NCBI RefSeq assembly: GCF_006345805.1
Contig: NC_043008.1
Coordinates: 79,236,001-79,299,924, forward strand
DNA from: Octopus sinensis
Lineage: Eukaryota
Direction of reading: 5' to 3'
Length of the DNA: 63,924 bases
The notes below the pieces were generated by a model. The model did no database searches, had not been told where the DNA came from, and was given only the letters and a program-made list of their open reading frames with translations. Of the stretch, positions 53,335 through 63,924 are shown one piece after another (within the stretch, counting starts at the first letter, position 1; the number at the start of each line of letters is the position of its first letter). Position numbers and translations under genes: made by a program.

Positions 53335-53480
53335 TTTTCCAATCTCTGAAAATTTTTGTTTTCCTCACAATCATATACAGCACTTTTGATTTGATATTCT
53401 TCGACAGGTAACATTTTTTCTTTCGAAACATCTTGTAAGGTTTTTTGAGATATAGCTGCATTAATGTGAGCATGTAATTC
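53335..53480 (-). CDS. ADAL: ADAL exon: ELHAHINAAISQKTLQ...FQRLE
   Basis: ttttcag|GAATTACAT...GGAAAA|gtaagc. 146 nt, phase 0 to 2. Zn-binding HAH. Confidence 0.88.
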
Positions 53481-53542
53481 CTGAAAATAAAGGAAAATAA
53501 TGGAAGTATAACAGATTATACAAACAAAATAATGAGAAAATA

Positions 53543-53647
53543 TGAGGGGTGTATGAAAAGTTTTGAACCTCAAAAAACAAAACATGGTACAAGACTTCTG
53601 ATGAAGGTACAAGACTTAAAGGCTCAAAACTTTTCATACACCCCTTG
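53543..53647. mobile_element. ~105-bp mariner-type MITE
   Basis: TIR GAGGGGTGTATGAAAAGTTTTGA / TCAAAACTTTTCATACACCCCTT, TA flanks. Confidence 0.8.
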
Positions 53648-53847
53648 TATATATACATGTATATATACATATATATATACACACACATATACACACATAT
53701 ATACACACACGTATACATACATATATACACACACATATATATACACACACACATATATATGTATATGCACACACACACATATATACATATATGCACACAT
53801 ATATATTTACATATATATATATACACACACATATATATATATATACA

Positions 53848-55612
53848 CGGTTCAACAACTGCAGGAAAAATACCTAGCTAAAGATAAACCCCTATACTTA
53901 GCTTTTATGGACTTGGAGAAAGCCTTTGACAGGGTCCCCTGATCCCTTATCTGGTGCATGATGTGGAAACTGGAGATTGACGAATGGTTTAATAAGGGCT
54001 GTACAGGACCTTTAAAGAGAGGCTGTTAGTAAGGTTAGGATTGGCAATGAGTATAGTGAAGAATTCCAGGTAGAAGTAGGCATCCACCAAGGTTCAGCCC
54101 TCAGTCCCCAGGCAATAACAGAGGAATTCAAGACAGGTTGCCCCTGGGAGCTCCTCTATGGTGATGACCTGGCCCTCGTAGCAGAATCCCTACCGGAACT
54201 AGAGAAGAAATTTCGTGTGTGGAAGCTAGGTTTAGAATCAAAAGGTCTTAGAGTCAATGTAGCAAAGACCAAAGTTCTAGTAAGTAGGAGGTCAACTCAC
54301 CACACATCCCCTTAGGTAGGGGGCCCTGCTCGATCTGCAGAAAAGATGTAAGTAGAAACTCCATAAGATGTACCCAGTATAAGCTATGGACACATAAGAG
54401 GGGCAGCAACATCAAAGGAAGATTAACTGAGAAGATAGCTTTCATGTGTGGCAGATGCACAGGGGCAATAGACACCATTGATACTCAGAAAACAGATTCT
54501 ATTACACTCCAGGGAAGAAACTAGAAGTAGTTGATAGTTTCCGCTACCTAGGTAACCAAGTTAGTAGTGGGGGTGGATGCTCAGAGAGTGTTACCACTAG
54601 AATAAGAATAGCCTGGGCAAAGTTTAGAAAGCTTCTTCCCCTACTGGTGACAAAGAGTCTCTCGCTCAGAGTGAAAGGTAGATTGTACAACGCATGTATA
54701 CGAAACATGGGCTGTGACTGCGGAGGACATGCGTAGGCTCAAAAGAAATGAAGCTAGCATGATCTGCTGGATGTGTAATGTCAACGTCCATGCACGACAG
54801 AGTGTAAGCGCCCTGAGAGAAATGTTGGGCATAAGAAACATCGGATGCAGCATGCAGGAGAGACATTTGCGTTGGTATGGTCATGTACTACGGATGGATG
54901 AGGAGAGATGTGTGAAGACATGCCACTCCCAAACTGTTGAAGGAATCTGGTGTAGAGGTAGACCCAGGAAGACATGGGTGAGGTGGTCAAGCATGACCTT
55001 TGAACGTTGGGCCTCACTGAGGCTATGACGAAGGACAGAGACTTCTGGAGATATGCTATGACTGCGAAGATCTGACAAATGAAGTGAGTTCATGGCTCAT
55101 AGGACGGCCTGCTGTGCTAACCTTGGATCATAGGGCAACCTGCTGTGCTTGAGGAGACCTACTGAGTCAAGTACATCAACATCAAAATAAAAATCAAATG
55201 GATATTGTAGTTGTGATACCTGTGCCGGTGGCACATTGGGCCTCACAGAGGAAATGACAAAAGACTGAGACCTCTGAGATATGCTGTGACTGCGAAGACC
55301 TGACAAATAAAGTGAGTTCATGGCTCACAGGACGGCCTGCTTGGCTAACCTTGGATCATAGTGACCCGCTGTGTTTGAGGAGACCTATTGAGTCAAGTAC
55401 GTCAACATCAACATCAAAATAAAGGTCAAATGGAAATTGTAGTTATGGCTTATAAGCTATGGACACATAAGAGGGGCAGCAACATCAAAGGAAGATTAAC
55501 TGAGAAGATAGCTTTCATGTGTGGCAGATGCACAGCGGCAATAGACACCATTGATACTCAGAAAACAGATTCTATTACACTCCAGGGAAGAAACTAGAAG
55601 TAGTTGATAGGC
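53848..55612 (+). mobile_element. Degraded RTE RT and 3' end with local duplications
   Basis: QQLQEKYLAKDKP, AFMDLEKAFD, LLYGDD. 54377-54537 is repeated at 55452-55610, and the 3' UTR is repeated. Confidence 0.85.
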
Positions 55613-56650
55613 TTATGGTGAAACTCTCTGCAATGGGTGTGGGGGATGACCTTTTTAACTGGTTGAAATCCTTCATCCTCAGCCGAAAGGAGGTAGTCAC
55701 AGTTCTAGGACAGCACTCTACACCATATGAGATGTCATCGGGTGTACCACAGGGATCTGTCCTTGGTCCCCTCCTGTTTGTGGCATACATTAATGACATA
55801 GATGCCAATTTAAAGAATGCCACAGTATTGAAATATGCAGACGACATCAAGCTGTACCTTGAAATCAAGAGGACTGATCCTGATGTCTACAACTCTTTCC
55901 TGCAATCAGACCTAGACACAATGCAGCAATGGATCACAGACTGGCAACTGAAACTGGCTGTGGACAAGTGTACCACCATGCATTTTGGGAGAAAAAACCC
56001 TGCATCCACATACTCCCTCCACAACACTGATATCAAGAAATCCTCTTGCGAGCGTGACCTAGGCATCACTGTCAGCAGTGATTTGCGTTGGACAAAGCAT
56101 ATCTCTAAAATTGTCAAGAAGGCCGAGGGTGTCTTGGCATCACTCAGCAAGACTTTTGTTAGCCGCTCTTCAGCCATCTATTTAAAACTGTATACAGCTA
56201 TGGTACGACCACACTTGGAATTCGCATCATCAGTTTGGAATCCCTATCTTGCTCAGAACATTGACCTCCTGGAATCTGTCCAGAGACGTGCAACCAAACG
56301 CATACCCTCCATCAGACACCTACCATATTCTGAGCGCCTTGTTTCCCTGGGCATGGATTCACTGAAGCTCCGGCGTCTGGCGACGGACTTGGTAAACACC
56401 CACAAGGTTATCAACCACCTCACCAACAACAACACTGAACACCTTTTTGATCTCCATGTGTCTAACACACGTGGACATGCCTACAAAGTCAGAAACCAGC
56501 ACAGCTCCCATGACTTTCGGAAACATTTTTTCACGCTCAGGGTTGCTGAAGTGTGGAATAAACTGCCTGCATCAGTTGTTGACTGCCATGACACTGCATC
56601 CTTTAAGGCCCTCATGCTTCCCGAAATTCGTCGAAACTACACCTGATTAT
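55613..56650 (+). mobile_element. CR1-group LINE 3' half, 343-aa uninterrupted RT C-terminus
   Basis: SGVPQGSVLGPLLF, LKYADD, ERDLG, RPHLEFASSVWNP, TRGHAYK, FFTLRV..VWNKLP. Confidence 0.9.
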
Positions 56651-56699
56651 ATATACACTTTAGATGAGTTGTAGTGCACCTGAGCACTGTACACAATTA

Positions 56700-57000
56700 T
56701 TATTATTATTATTATTATTATACCCATGCCAGTGGCACGTAAAAAGCACCACTCGAACATGGCTGATGCCAGCACCGCCTGACTGGCATCCGTGTCGGTG
56801 ACACATAAAAATCACCAACCGATCGTGGCGTTTGCCAGCCTCCTCTGGCCCATATGTCAGTGGCATGATAAAGATAGCCACTACACTCACGGAGTGGTTG
56901 GCATTAGGAAGGGCATCCAGCTGTAGAAACACTGCCAGATCAGACTGGAGCCTGGCACAGTCTCCTGGCTTCCCAGCCCCCAGTTGAACCATCCAGCTCA
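56700..57000 (+). mobile_element. RTE-associated SINE-like repeat
   Basis: GGCACGTAAAAAGCACC and GGTTGGCATTAGGAAGGGCATCCAGC motifs. Confidence 0.7.
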
Positions 57001-57730
57001 TGCTCTGCTACTTCCTTTATGAATAGGGCATATTTTACCTTCCTTCAGTTTTCTTGGAAGTTTGCCAGTTGCAAGGAAGCTCTGAAAGAGGAACTGCAGT
57101 GGTCTTGCTAGGACTCTCTTACATACTTTTAGAAGGATTGCTGGGAATCCATCAGGGCCAGTAGCTGAGTTTGTTTTCATTTCATCAATAGCCTTTATTA
57201 CATCGTCTTCCTTTATATTGATGTAATCAATCATCGCTGCCTCTGATTTTATATCTGCAGTGGTAAAGAAATCAGTTGGATTGCTGACTTGAAAATGCCC
57301 TAGGGGTGGAGTGAAAATACTCTTGAATTGCTCATTTAGTATTTCACTTACCCTCATTGGATTTCCTGTGAGTGTGCCATCCTTTTCAAGGAGTGGCCCT
57401 ATCCTACAGTGCACCATAACTGTTTCTTTGGCATACCTGTAGAAAGCTCTGGGGTTAGATTTTATGTTGTCTATAGCCCAGGCTTCTTTATCTGCTCTTT
57501 CTTTTTCATGGGAGAGTTGTAGACATTTTTCAATTTCCAACAGTTTTATTTTCAGGTGGGACTTTTCACTGCTTTCAATTTGTTTGTTTAGGCGATTTGA
57601 AACTTTTGTACGCCGTCTCATTAGAATTTTCTTCTCTCTGGGGATTTTGCTCCTGTGTACAGTGACCTTTCTCTCTGGGACACATTTGTAGCATATGGCT
57701 TGCATTACAGACATGAATTGTTGAAGTTTC
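57000..57730 (-). mobile_element. CR1/L2-group LINE internal fragment (EN-RT linker, open 244 aa)
   Basis: IKSNPRAFY, IGPL, SATGPDGFPA, PIHKG. Confidence 0.88.
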
Positions 57731-57733
57731 ATA

Positions 57734-57774
<41 letters not shown>

Positions 57775-57796
57775 TCATATATATATATATATACTT

Positions 57797-57834
<38 letters not shown>

Positions 57835-57868
57835 TTACACACAGATATATATATATATATATATATAA

Positions 57869-58252
57869 CAATGATAAATATCAAAGTGAGTTATATACAG
57901 TAGCGGTAACACATCGTGACGTATTTTTGCCATTTCATTATCATTGTTTGATTTCACTTTTTCAATATCAGCGACAGTGGACGCTGGAAAAAGTATAAGT
58001 ATTTGTGAAGGAAATCTAATTCTCGGCGACAACTATGATTGTCACACGCTGACGAGAGATCAATACCTCGAAACTCGAGTCCGTGTGTATCATAAGTTGA
58101 AGACGGGAAGGATGACTTCCCTTTGCAAATACTGACAGGACACAGATAGTGTGTCTATGGCCAGCTGGAGGAGTGTGTCCTCCTGGGGCTAAAAACTACA
58201 GTAGCATCCACCCTTAGGGGTTAGCCATATTGAAATGGCAAAAATACGTCAC
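57869..58252 (+). mobile_element. Second, diverged copy of the hammerhead-bearing element with an inverted 5' arm
   Basis: 57869-57937 is an inverted copy of the unit end (GTGACGTATTTTTGCCATTTCA / TGAAATGGCAAAAATACGTCAC). The body aligns with 47978-48292. Confidence 0.8.
58043..58087 (+). ncRNA. Minimal type-I hammerhead ribozyme with a canonical core
   Basis: CACACG-CTGACGA-GAG-atcaatac-CTC-GAAAC-TCGA-GTC-CGTGTG. Perfect stems I and II, palindromic TCGA loop, GUC site. Confidence 0.92.
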
Positions 58253-58326
58253 TATATATATATACATATATACTTACACACACACACTCATATATATATA
58301 TATACACATACATATACACACACACA

Positions 58327-58366
<40 letters not shown>

Positions 58367-58439
58367 CATATACACACATATATACATATACACATATATA
58401 CATATACACATATATACATACATGTACATAAACATGTAT

Positions 58440-59480
58440 ATCATCATCATCATCATTTAGCGTTTGCTTTCCATGCTAGCATGGGTTGGACAGTTCAACT
58501 GGGGTCTGTGAAGCCAGAAGGCTGCATCAGGCCCAGTCTGATCTGGCAGTGTTTCTATGGCTGGATGCCCTTCCTAACACCAACCACTCCGTGAGTGTAG
58601 TGGGTGCTTTTTACGTGCCACCTGCACAGGTGCCAGACGGAGCTGGCAAATGGCCACGAACGGATGGTGCTTTTACGTGCCACCGGCACGGGGGCCAGGT
58701 GAGGCTGGCAACGGCCACGAACGGATAGTTTTATGTGCCACCGGCACGGGGGCCAGGTGAGGCTGGCAACGGCCACGAACGGATAGTTTTATGTGCCACC
58801 GGCACGGGGGCCAGGCGAGGCTGGCAACGGACACGAACGGATGGTGCTTTTACATGCCACCGGCATGGAGGCCAGCCAGGGCGGCACTGGCAACGGCCAC
58901 AATCGGATGGTTCGCTTAACCACAGCTGCAATTTCCATTGATGTTGATCGACTTCGATTTTGGTTCTGCTTTCTGATATCTGATCTGATTTGGTTTGATT
59001 TTGATTTGATTTTGATTTTGACTTTCACTTGTCTCAACGGGTGACAAGTGGAGTTTTGTGTCCCAAGAAGGAAAGGTTATGTTCTCATTAGTCTTGCCGG
59101 GTCTTCTCACGCACAGCATACTTCCATAGGTCTCGGTCTCTAGTCATTTCCTTGGTGAGACCTAAAGTTCGAAGGTCGTGCTTCCCAAGAAGGAAAGGTA
59201 TGTAGGCCACAGGTTATGTTCTCACTGGTCTTGCCGGGTCTTCTCACGCACAGCATACTTCCATAGGTCTCGGTCTCTAGTCATTTCCTTAGTGAGACCT
59301 AAAGTTCGAAGGTCGTGCTTCACCACCTCGTCCCATGTTTTCCTGGGTCTACCTCTTCCACAGGTTCCCTCAACTGCTAGGGTGTGGCACTTTCGCACAC
59401 AACTATCTTCAGCCATTCTCGTTACATGACCATACCAGCGCAAACGTCTTTCTTGCACACCACAACTGATGCTTCTTAGG
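58440..59480 (-). mobile_element. RTE 3' fragments plus RTE-associated SINE-like repeat with 62-bp subrepeats
   Basis: [20 protein letters not shown]...GRPRKTW, a duplicated 3' segment, and (CAT)n at 58440. Confidence 0.85.
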
Positions 59481-59575
59481 CCCAACTACACATGTATACA
59501 TACATATACTCACACATATACATATATATACATATATATATATACATATATATACATATATACATATATATATAC

Positions 59576-59647
<72 letters not shown>

Positions 59648-59689
59648 CAAAATTTAGATTCAGATGAATATGGTACTTAAGTTAGAGGC

Positions 59690-61725
59690 ACCAGAATTTG
59701 GTATGGTATTATCTATATAAATCAAATGGGGTGATTATAATCAAAATAAGCAAGAAGGATATTCAAGGTAGTGTAGTACAATCGTTTCATGCTACTTCAT
59801 TTTATTAAACAATGTAAGTATTACATCAGTTTTAAAATGTAGAGCAATCTTCAGCCACATATAGAATTTTTAAAATTAAATAGACCAAGTACATTTTTAT
59901 ACTTATTTCATTTGCCAACATTACAAAGAGGGTAGATATATAGACAGAGGGGTTAATTTCATCATTAAGAACATGATAGTAGGAGGTCCTTCTCCATCTG
60001 CAGATTTTTTTATCACTGACTTCACTTTGTTATTTAGATTTATAAATGGGGAAGGTTTTTTTTTTATTTTGTTCAATGGAGACAAACAAGAATTTTTTTC
60101 TATTTCTCGATATATAGGAAGGTATAGTACAAATGTCAAAGTCATAAATCCAGCCCCATTATGAGGAATTCAACTTAGGCATATTTGAATGTCTTTTAGC
60201 TAAAGTTAGTGGGGTAGGGGGAATAGAGACTACTAATGCTCTAGAGATTTCTAATGTCCTTTACCATTTAACAGCCATAATTCTGCCTGTGAATTTTAAA
60301 TAAATATCCTTTAGATAGTTTTTTTTTCCAAAGGATTCCAATAAATTTTAGTATCTTATATAGAGATAGAAAATATAGAAATCATTTCATATTTATATAA
60401 ATATATTATATATATCAATTTTTATTAATAAAGATTCATAGTTAGTTAGTAAATAGTGATTTTTTAAATTTTATTAATGAGTTAAATTAAAAGAATAATA
60501 TTTATTAACTGTAAAAAAAAAAAAACCTTATCAATTAGCACATATATCAAGAATCTATAAGATATATTAAAATGTAATGGAAGGGAGGTAATCAAGATGA
60601 ACTAAATAATTTCACTAGATATATGGAATTTATGCAATCCTATATAGGAAAGTATCAAAAGATTTTAATTTCACTTTATTCAATTAATTTATATTATAAA
60701 ATTTCTTAGTAATCTATGCAGGTTAAATAAAAGCTAGTATGGTGTATTATTTCCTTATTTGGTTACAAAATATTAAGATCTGAAAATTTAGGAATGGTCA
60801 GAATGCTATTATTTAAAATACTTAAAAGTACGGGTGGCACAATGTATGCCGGATACTCCTAGTTCAGAATGGTTACTCAATAAGTTTATATTATTCCTAT
60901 GTTTCAAAATTTCATGTCTCCATAGAACAAAGTTCACATTCATCCCTACTATTTTTATAAGGCTGTGCCTTTCTTATTATATCCCATTTTAGGTTAAATT
61001 CGATATTTTTTCTTTCAACAAACTTTACTGGACAGCGTTGTGCAACCCGCCTTATGTTTAAGCCTAAAACTTGAGAAATGATTGTTCAAACGTTTCTTCA
61101 GGTCTATTGAACATCTGAAATAAAAATAGCTATTATTTGAAGTCATTATTGTACATTTATAAATTATGTTTTGAACCAGACACTGACATCTTGATCTAAT
61201 TCTACAATTACAACTGGGGGGATGATTTCTGATATTAGTATTATTTAGGAACAAACTGTTTTCATTTTCATTATTAGAGCTATTACTAGCATTAGTGTTA
61301 TTTTCCTTATCTATAATTATATTATGTAAGTTAGGGTTGTTTGTTACTAATCTTTTCTTTATTCCCACACTTTCCACATTTCTATTATTATTATTTATAT
61401 TATTGATATTATTATTATTATTGCTTATATTAATGTTGTTATTATTATTGTTTATATTAATGGTATTATTATTATTGTTTATAATAATATTATTATTATT
61501 ATTATTATCATTATTATTCTTATTATTGGTTATATTAATGTTATTATTATTATTATTGTTTATATTAATGTTATTATTATTATTATTGTTTATATTAATG
61601 TTATTATTATTATTATTGTTGTTGTTGTTGCTATTTATAACATTTTTGGCTAACTTAATATTTTTCCTATTTAGTCTAGCTATTATGGTACCCATATTTG
61701 GAAGAGTAGAGTATGGTATTCTCAT
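59690..61725 (-). mobile_element. Penelope-like element remnant: RT-EN linker, GIY-YIG endonuclease and 3' region
   Basis: RIPYSTLPNMGTIIARLNRK, CNCR...C, NIIYKC, KKRLNNHFSSFR, TTLS, then KWDIIRKAQPY...CELC. A hammerhead lies downstream. Confidence 0.8.
59772..59860 (-). ncRNA. Type-I hammerhead ribozyme with an extended stem II
   Basis: TGTGG-CTGAAGA-[59-nt hairpin TGCT.TAC...GTAGCA]-GAAAC-GATT-GTA-CTACA. The first stem II pair is T.T. Confidence 0.7.
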
Positions 61726-61985
61726 CGGATGCAGCGTGCAGGAGAGACATTTGTGTTGGTATGGTCATGTACTACGGATGGAGGAGGAGAGATGTGTGAA
61801 GAAGTGCCACTCCCAAACTGTTGAAGGAATCCGGGGTGGAGGTAGACCCAGGAAGACATGAGACGAGGTGGTCAAGCATGACCTTCGTACATTGAGCCTC
61901 ACAGAGGCTATGACGAAAGACTAAAACCTCTGGAGATATGCTGTGACTTTGAAGATCCAACAAATGAAGCGAGTTCATGGCTCCA
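61722..61985 (+). mobile_element. RTE 3' fragment truncating the PLE
   Basis: IGCSVQERHLCWYGHV...GRPRKT. Confidence 0.85.
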
Positions 61986-62560
61986 GTGTTGGGTGAGCTT
62001 TGTGGTTGATGGTTGCTTGGGGCTGGTGGAACCCAACAGGCAGTGCATAGTGAAAGCTCAAGTGAGGGTCGGGTGAACCCTGGTAGAGGCAGAAGCTGAC
62101 AGTGCTGGTTGGGTCGGCCGATTTATTGGAGGTGGCGCAAGCGATTTGTAGAGGGCAAATCGGGGAACTGCGCCGGACAGTGATACAGCGGCAGGGCCAG
62201 TTCTGCCAATACAGTAGCACAGTTGAAGGAGATGGTGGTCTATCGATGCAGTTGGAGAAGCAGTTCACAGGGAGTCGCCAGTGCTTGGTTGGCACTCGGG
62301 TGTTGTGGAAGAAGCAACCGTTGGCGAGGTCTGGTGGATGTTGGTCGCACGGAACTGGTGGAGCATTTCATCGACCCGGGCGGTCATCACTCGGTGAAGC
62401 GGCAAGGTCGGAAGATGGTCCCAGTTCGGCAGCGAAAGATGAGGAGATATTGATGACAGGGAATAGTGGAAAGGCGGAATGGTCCCTGGTCGTTGGCCAT
62501 TGTTGCGCAGAATGGAGACGGCACAGCAAGGTGCTACGTGGGCTATACTTAGATTTTTGA
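61985..62560 (-). other. GC-rich unclassified segment, probably the 5'/ORF1 region of a retroelement
   Basis: Sharp rise in GC within AT-rich DNA and Pro/Ser/Thr-rich broken frames. No diagnostic motif. Confidence 0.3.
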
Positions 62561-63924
62561 AAAAGTCGATAATATGGTCCGCGGAAGGGATTTTTATATT
62601 TACCTCTTATAACTATTTTTTTTAATCACCCAAGGGAAATAAAGCATAGCACCTGCACAATATTTTTTTAAACATGTAAGGCAAATAACCCATTTCATTG
62701 TTTATGCTCAATTACTTTGAATATTGATTTATTTGTGTGTCCAATTTCTAATTTTTGCAGACAATATCACTTTATTTGACACGTGAGTAGAACTCATAAT
62801 AATGCCCCTCCAATGGATCCTTCTACCTACTATATATTACTAATATTTTATTTAAACAACCCAAGGGAAATAACCCATACCTACCCTGCAGTTTTTAGCG
62901 AAGCAATCAATATTTGATTGTCATGATCAGCCGACCTAATTCTGCATTTTACTACCCACAGTTTTGAACTACTAAACATTATTATTGCACTTCCTTAATT
63001 CGACTCTTAAACCTCAAGGACTTCATTCATACATTTCTATACACACTTTTTTGAATGCCCATTACTACAATAATTCTGCATTTTTACAGTGACACTTTTT
63101 CTATGACAGTAGTATTCCACAACATATCTGTAGTGGCTTCAAGCAGGCATAGCATGCATTCGATCATTGATTGCCAAATTTCACCTAACACTTCAACAGC
63201 ACTTTCCTTATGGTAAAACAATAATTTTTCTGTGAATGACAGGAGTTAGACATTTCCCAGATGCCTTCGCTAAGCAGAAGTATGTTTTTACCACTTGACA
63301 CTTCTTACCTCTTCTAGGCCACCTGGCTGGAATGGAGACAACAGACCTCCAATGAAATCATTTGATACCAACAGTATGTCTATCCTTCTGGCTACTTTTC
63401 ATTAGTTATAAAAACAAGAACTCTGTAAGCTGTAGACAGTTACTGAGAGTGACCATCAGTGAGTGTGAATGTTATTATTGCACTTTCGTCAAACACTTCA
63501 TTCACATATTTATATAAACTCTCTTACTAACCTTCAACAGTCTTTCGCGCCAACCTCCGAAAACCCCTCTCGCCAACCTCCAGCAATCTCTCCCTCCTCC
63601 AGCTAACAGTGTTTTGTACTTTTTTGTGACAAGATACAACTCATGTGGCAGTTATAACGAAATATACACATATATATATACACAGTGTTTCAAATTTAGT
63701 TTAAATCAGTGTTTCTCAAAGGATAGGCATATGGGGAGGCCGGACAAGTTGTTTTGAGAAAATTTGGTTTAAGTGTTCGACAACTCAGCACCGTCCATTG
63801 GATGGGGGGGGGGGCGACTTGCTTGTATATACATATACACATATATTTACATATATATACACACACAATATATATACACATACATATACACACACATATA
63901 TATATACATACGCACATATATATA

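Larger units (their letters stand above)
39722..53480 (-). other. ADAL: Adenosine deaminase-like / N6-methyl-AMP deaminase gene, 7 coding exons (5'-partial)
   Basis: Exons total 1008 nt (335 aa + stop) with matching phases and GT-AG. Motifs ELHAH, YLELRTTP, GIDFSGDP, HIAE, DRIGHG, TSN..S, HHFGFW and SKEY..VAEAF.L are collinear with human ADAL as recalled. Confidence 0.93.

Noticed and set aside
59900-60830. AT-rich tract resembling a mitochondrial insertion (NUMT)
   Set aside because: No recognisable mitochondrial gene. It is flanked by a PLE GIY-YIG and a hammerhead.
63090-63480. Coding-looking minus-strand stretches (KLLFYHKESAVEV..., RRIDILLVSNDF...) with splice-like sites
   Set aside because: Phases do not join, stops intervene, and there is no similarity to the ADAL N-terminus or any family I recognise.

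Overview
Eukaryotic, repeat-dominated window, most likely octopus (coleoid cephalopod). This is inferred from the kb-long (TA)n/(TATG)n microsatellites and the SINE, RTE and CR1-group repeat families. One host gene is supported: an intron-containing adenosine deaminase-like gene (ADAL/MAPDA) on the minus strand. Seven coding exons at 53480-39722 join in frame with GT-AG boundaries; the first coding exon was not found. The rest is mobile DNA: several CR1/L2-group LINE copies, a near-intact RTE LINE, two full-length mariners, Helitron- and piggyBac-type non-autonomous elements, tRNA-derived SINEs, a Penelope-like (PLE) GIY-YIG remnant and a ~340-bp satellite. Main leads: (1) two related retroelements, the longer one ORF1-only, inserted at the same nucleotide of a SINE tRNA head, each with a 16-bp TSD, suggesting SINE-targeted non-autonomous retrotransposons; (2) a ~355-nt hammerhead-ribozyme element family with an inverted 5' arm and covarying hairpins (retrozyme/PLE-like), plus further hammerhead and HDV-like candidates; (3) ADAL has TDG instead of the TDD active-site motif. 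Family assignments come from recognised motifs only; no database search was run. Boundaries of degraded repeats are approximate.
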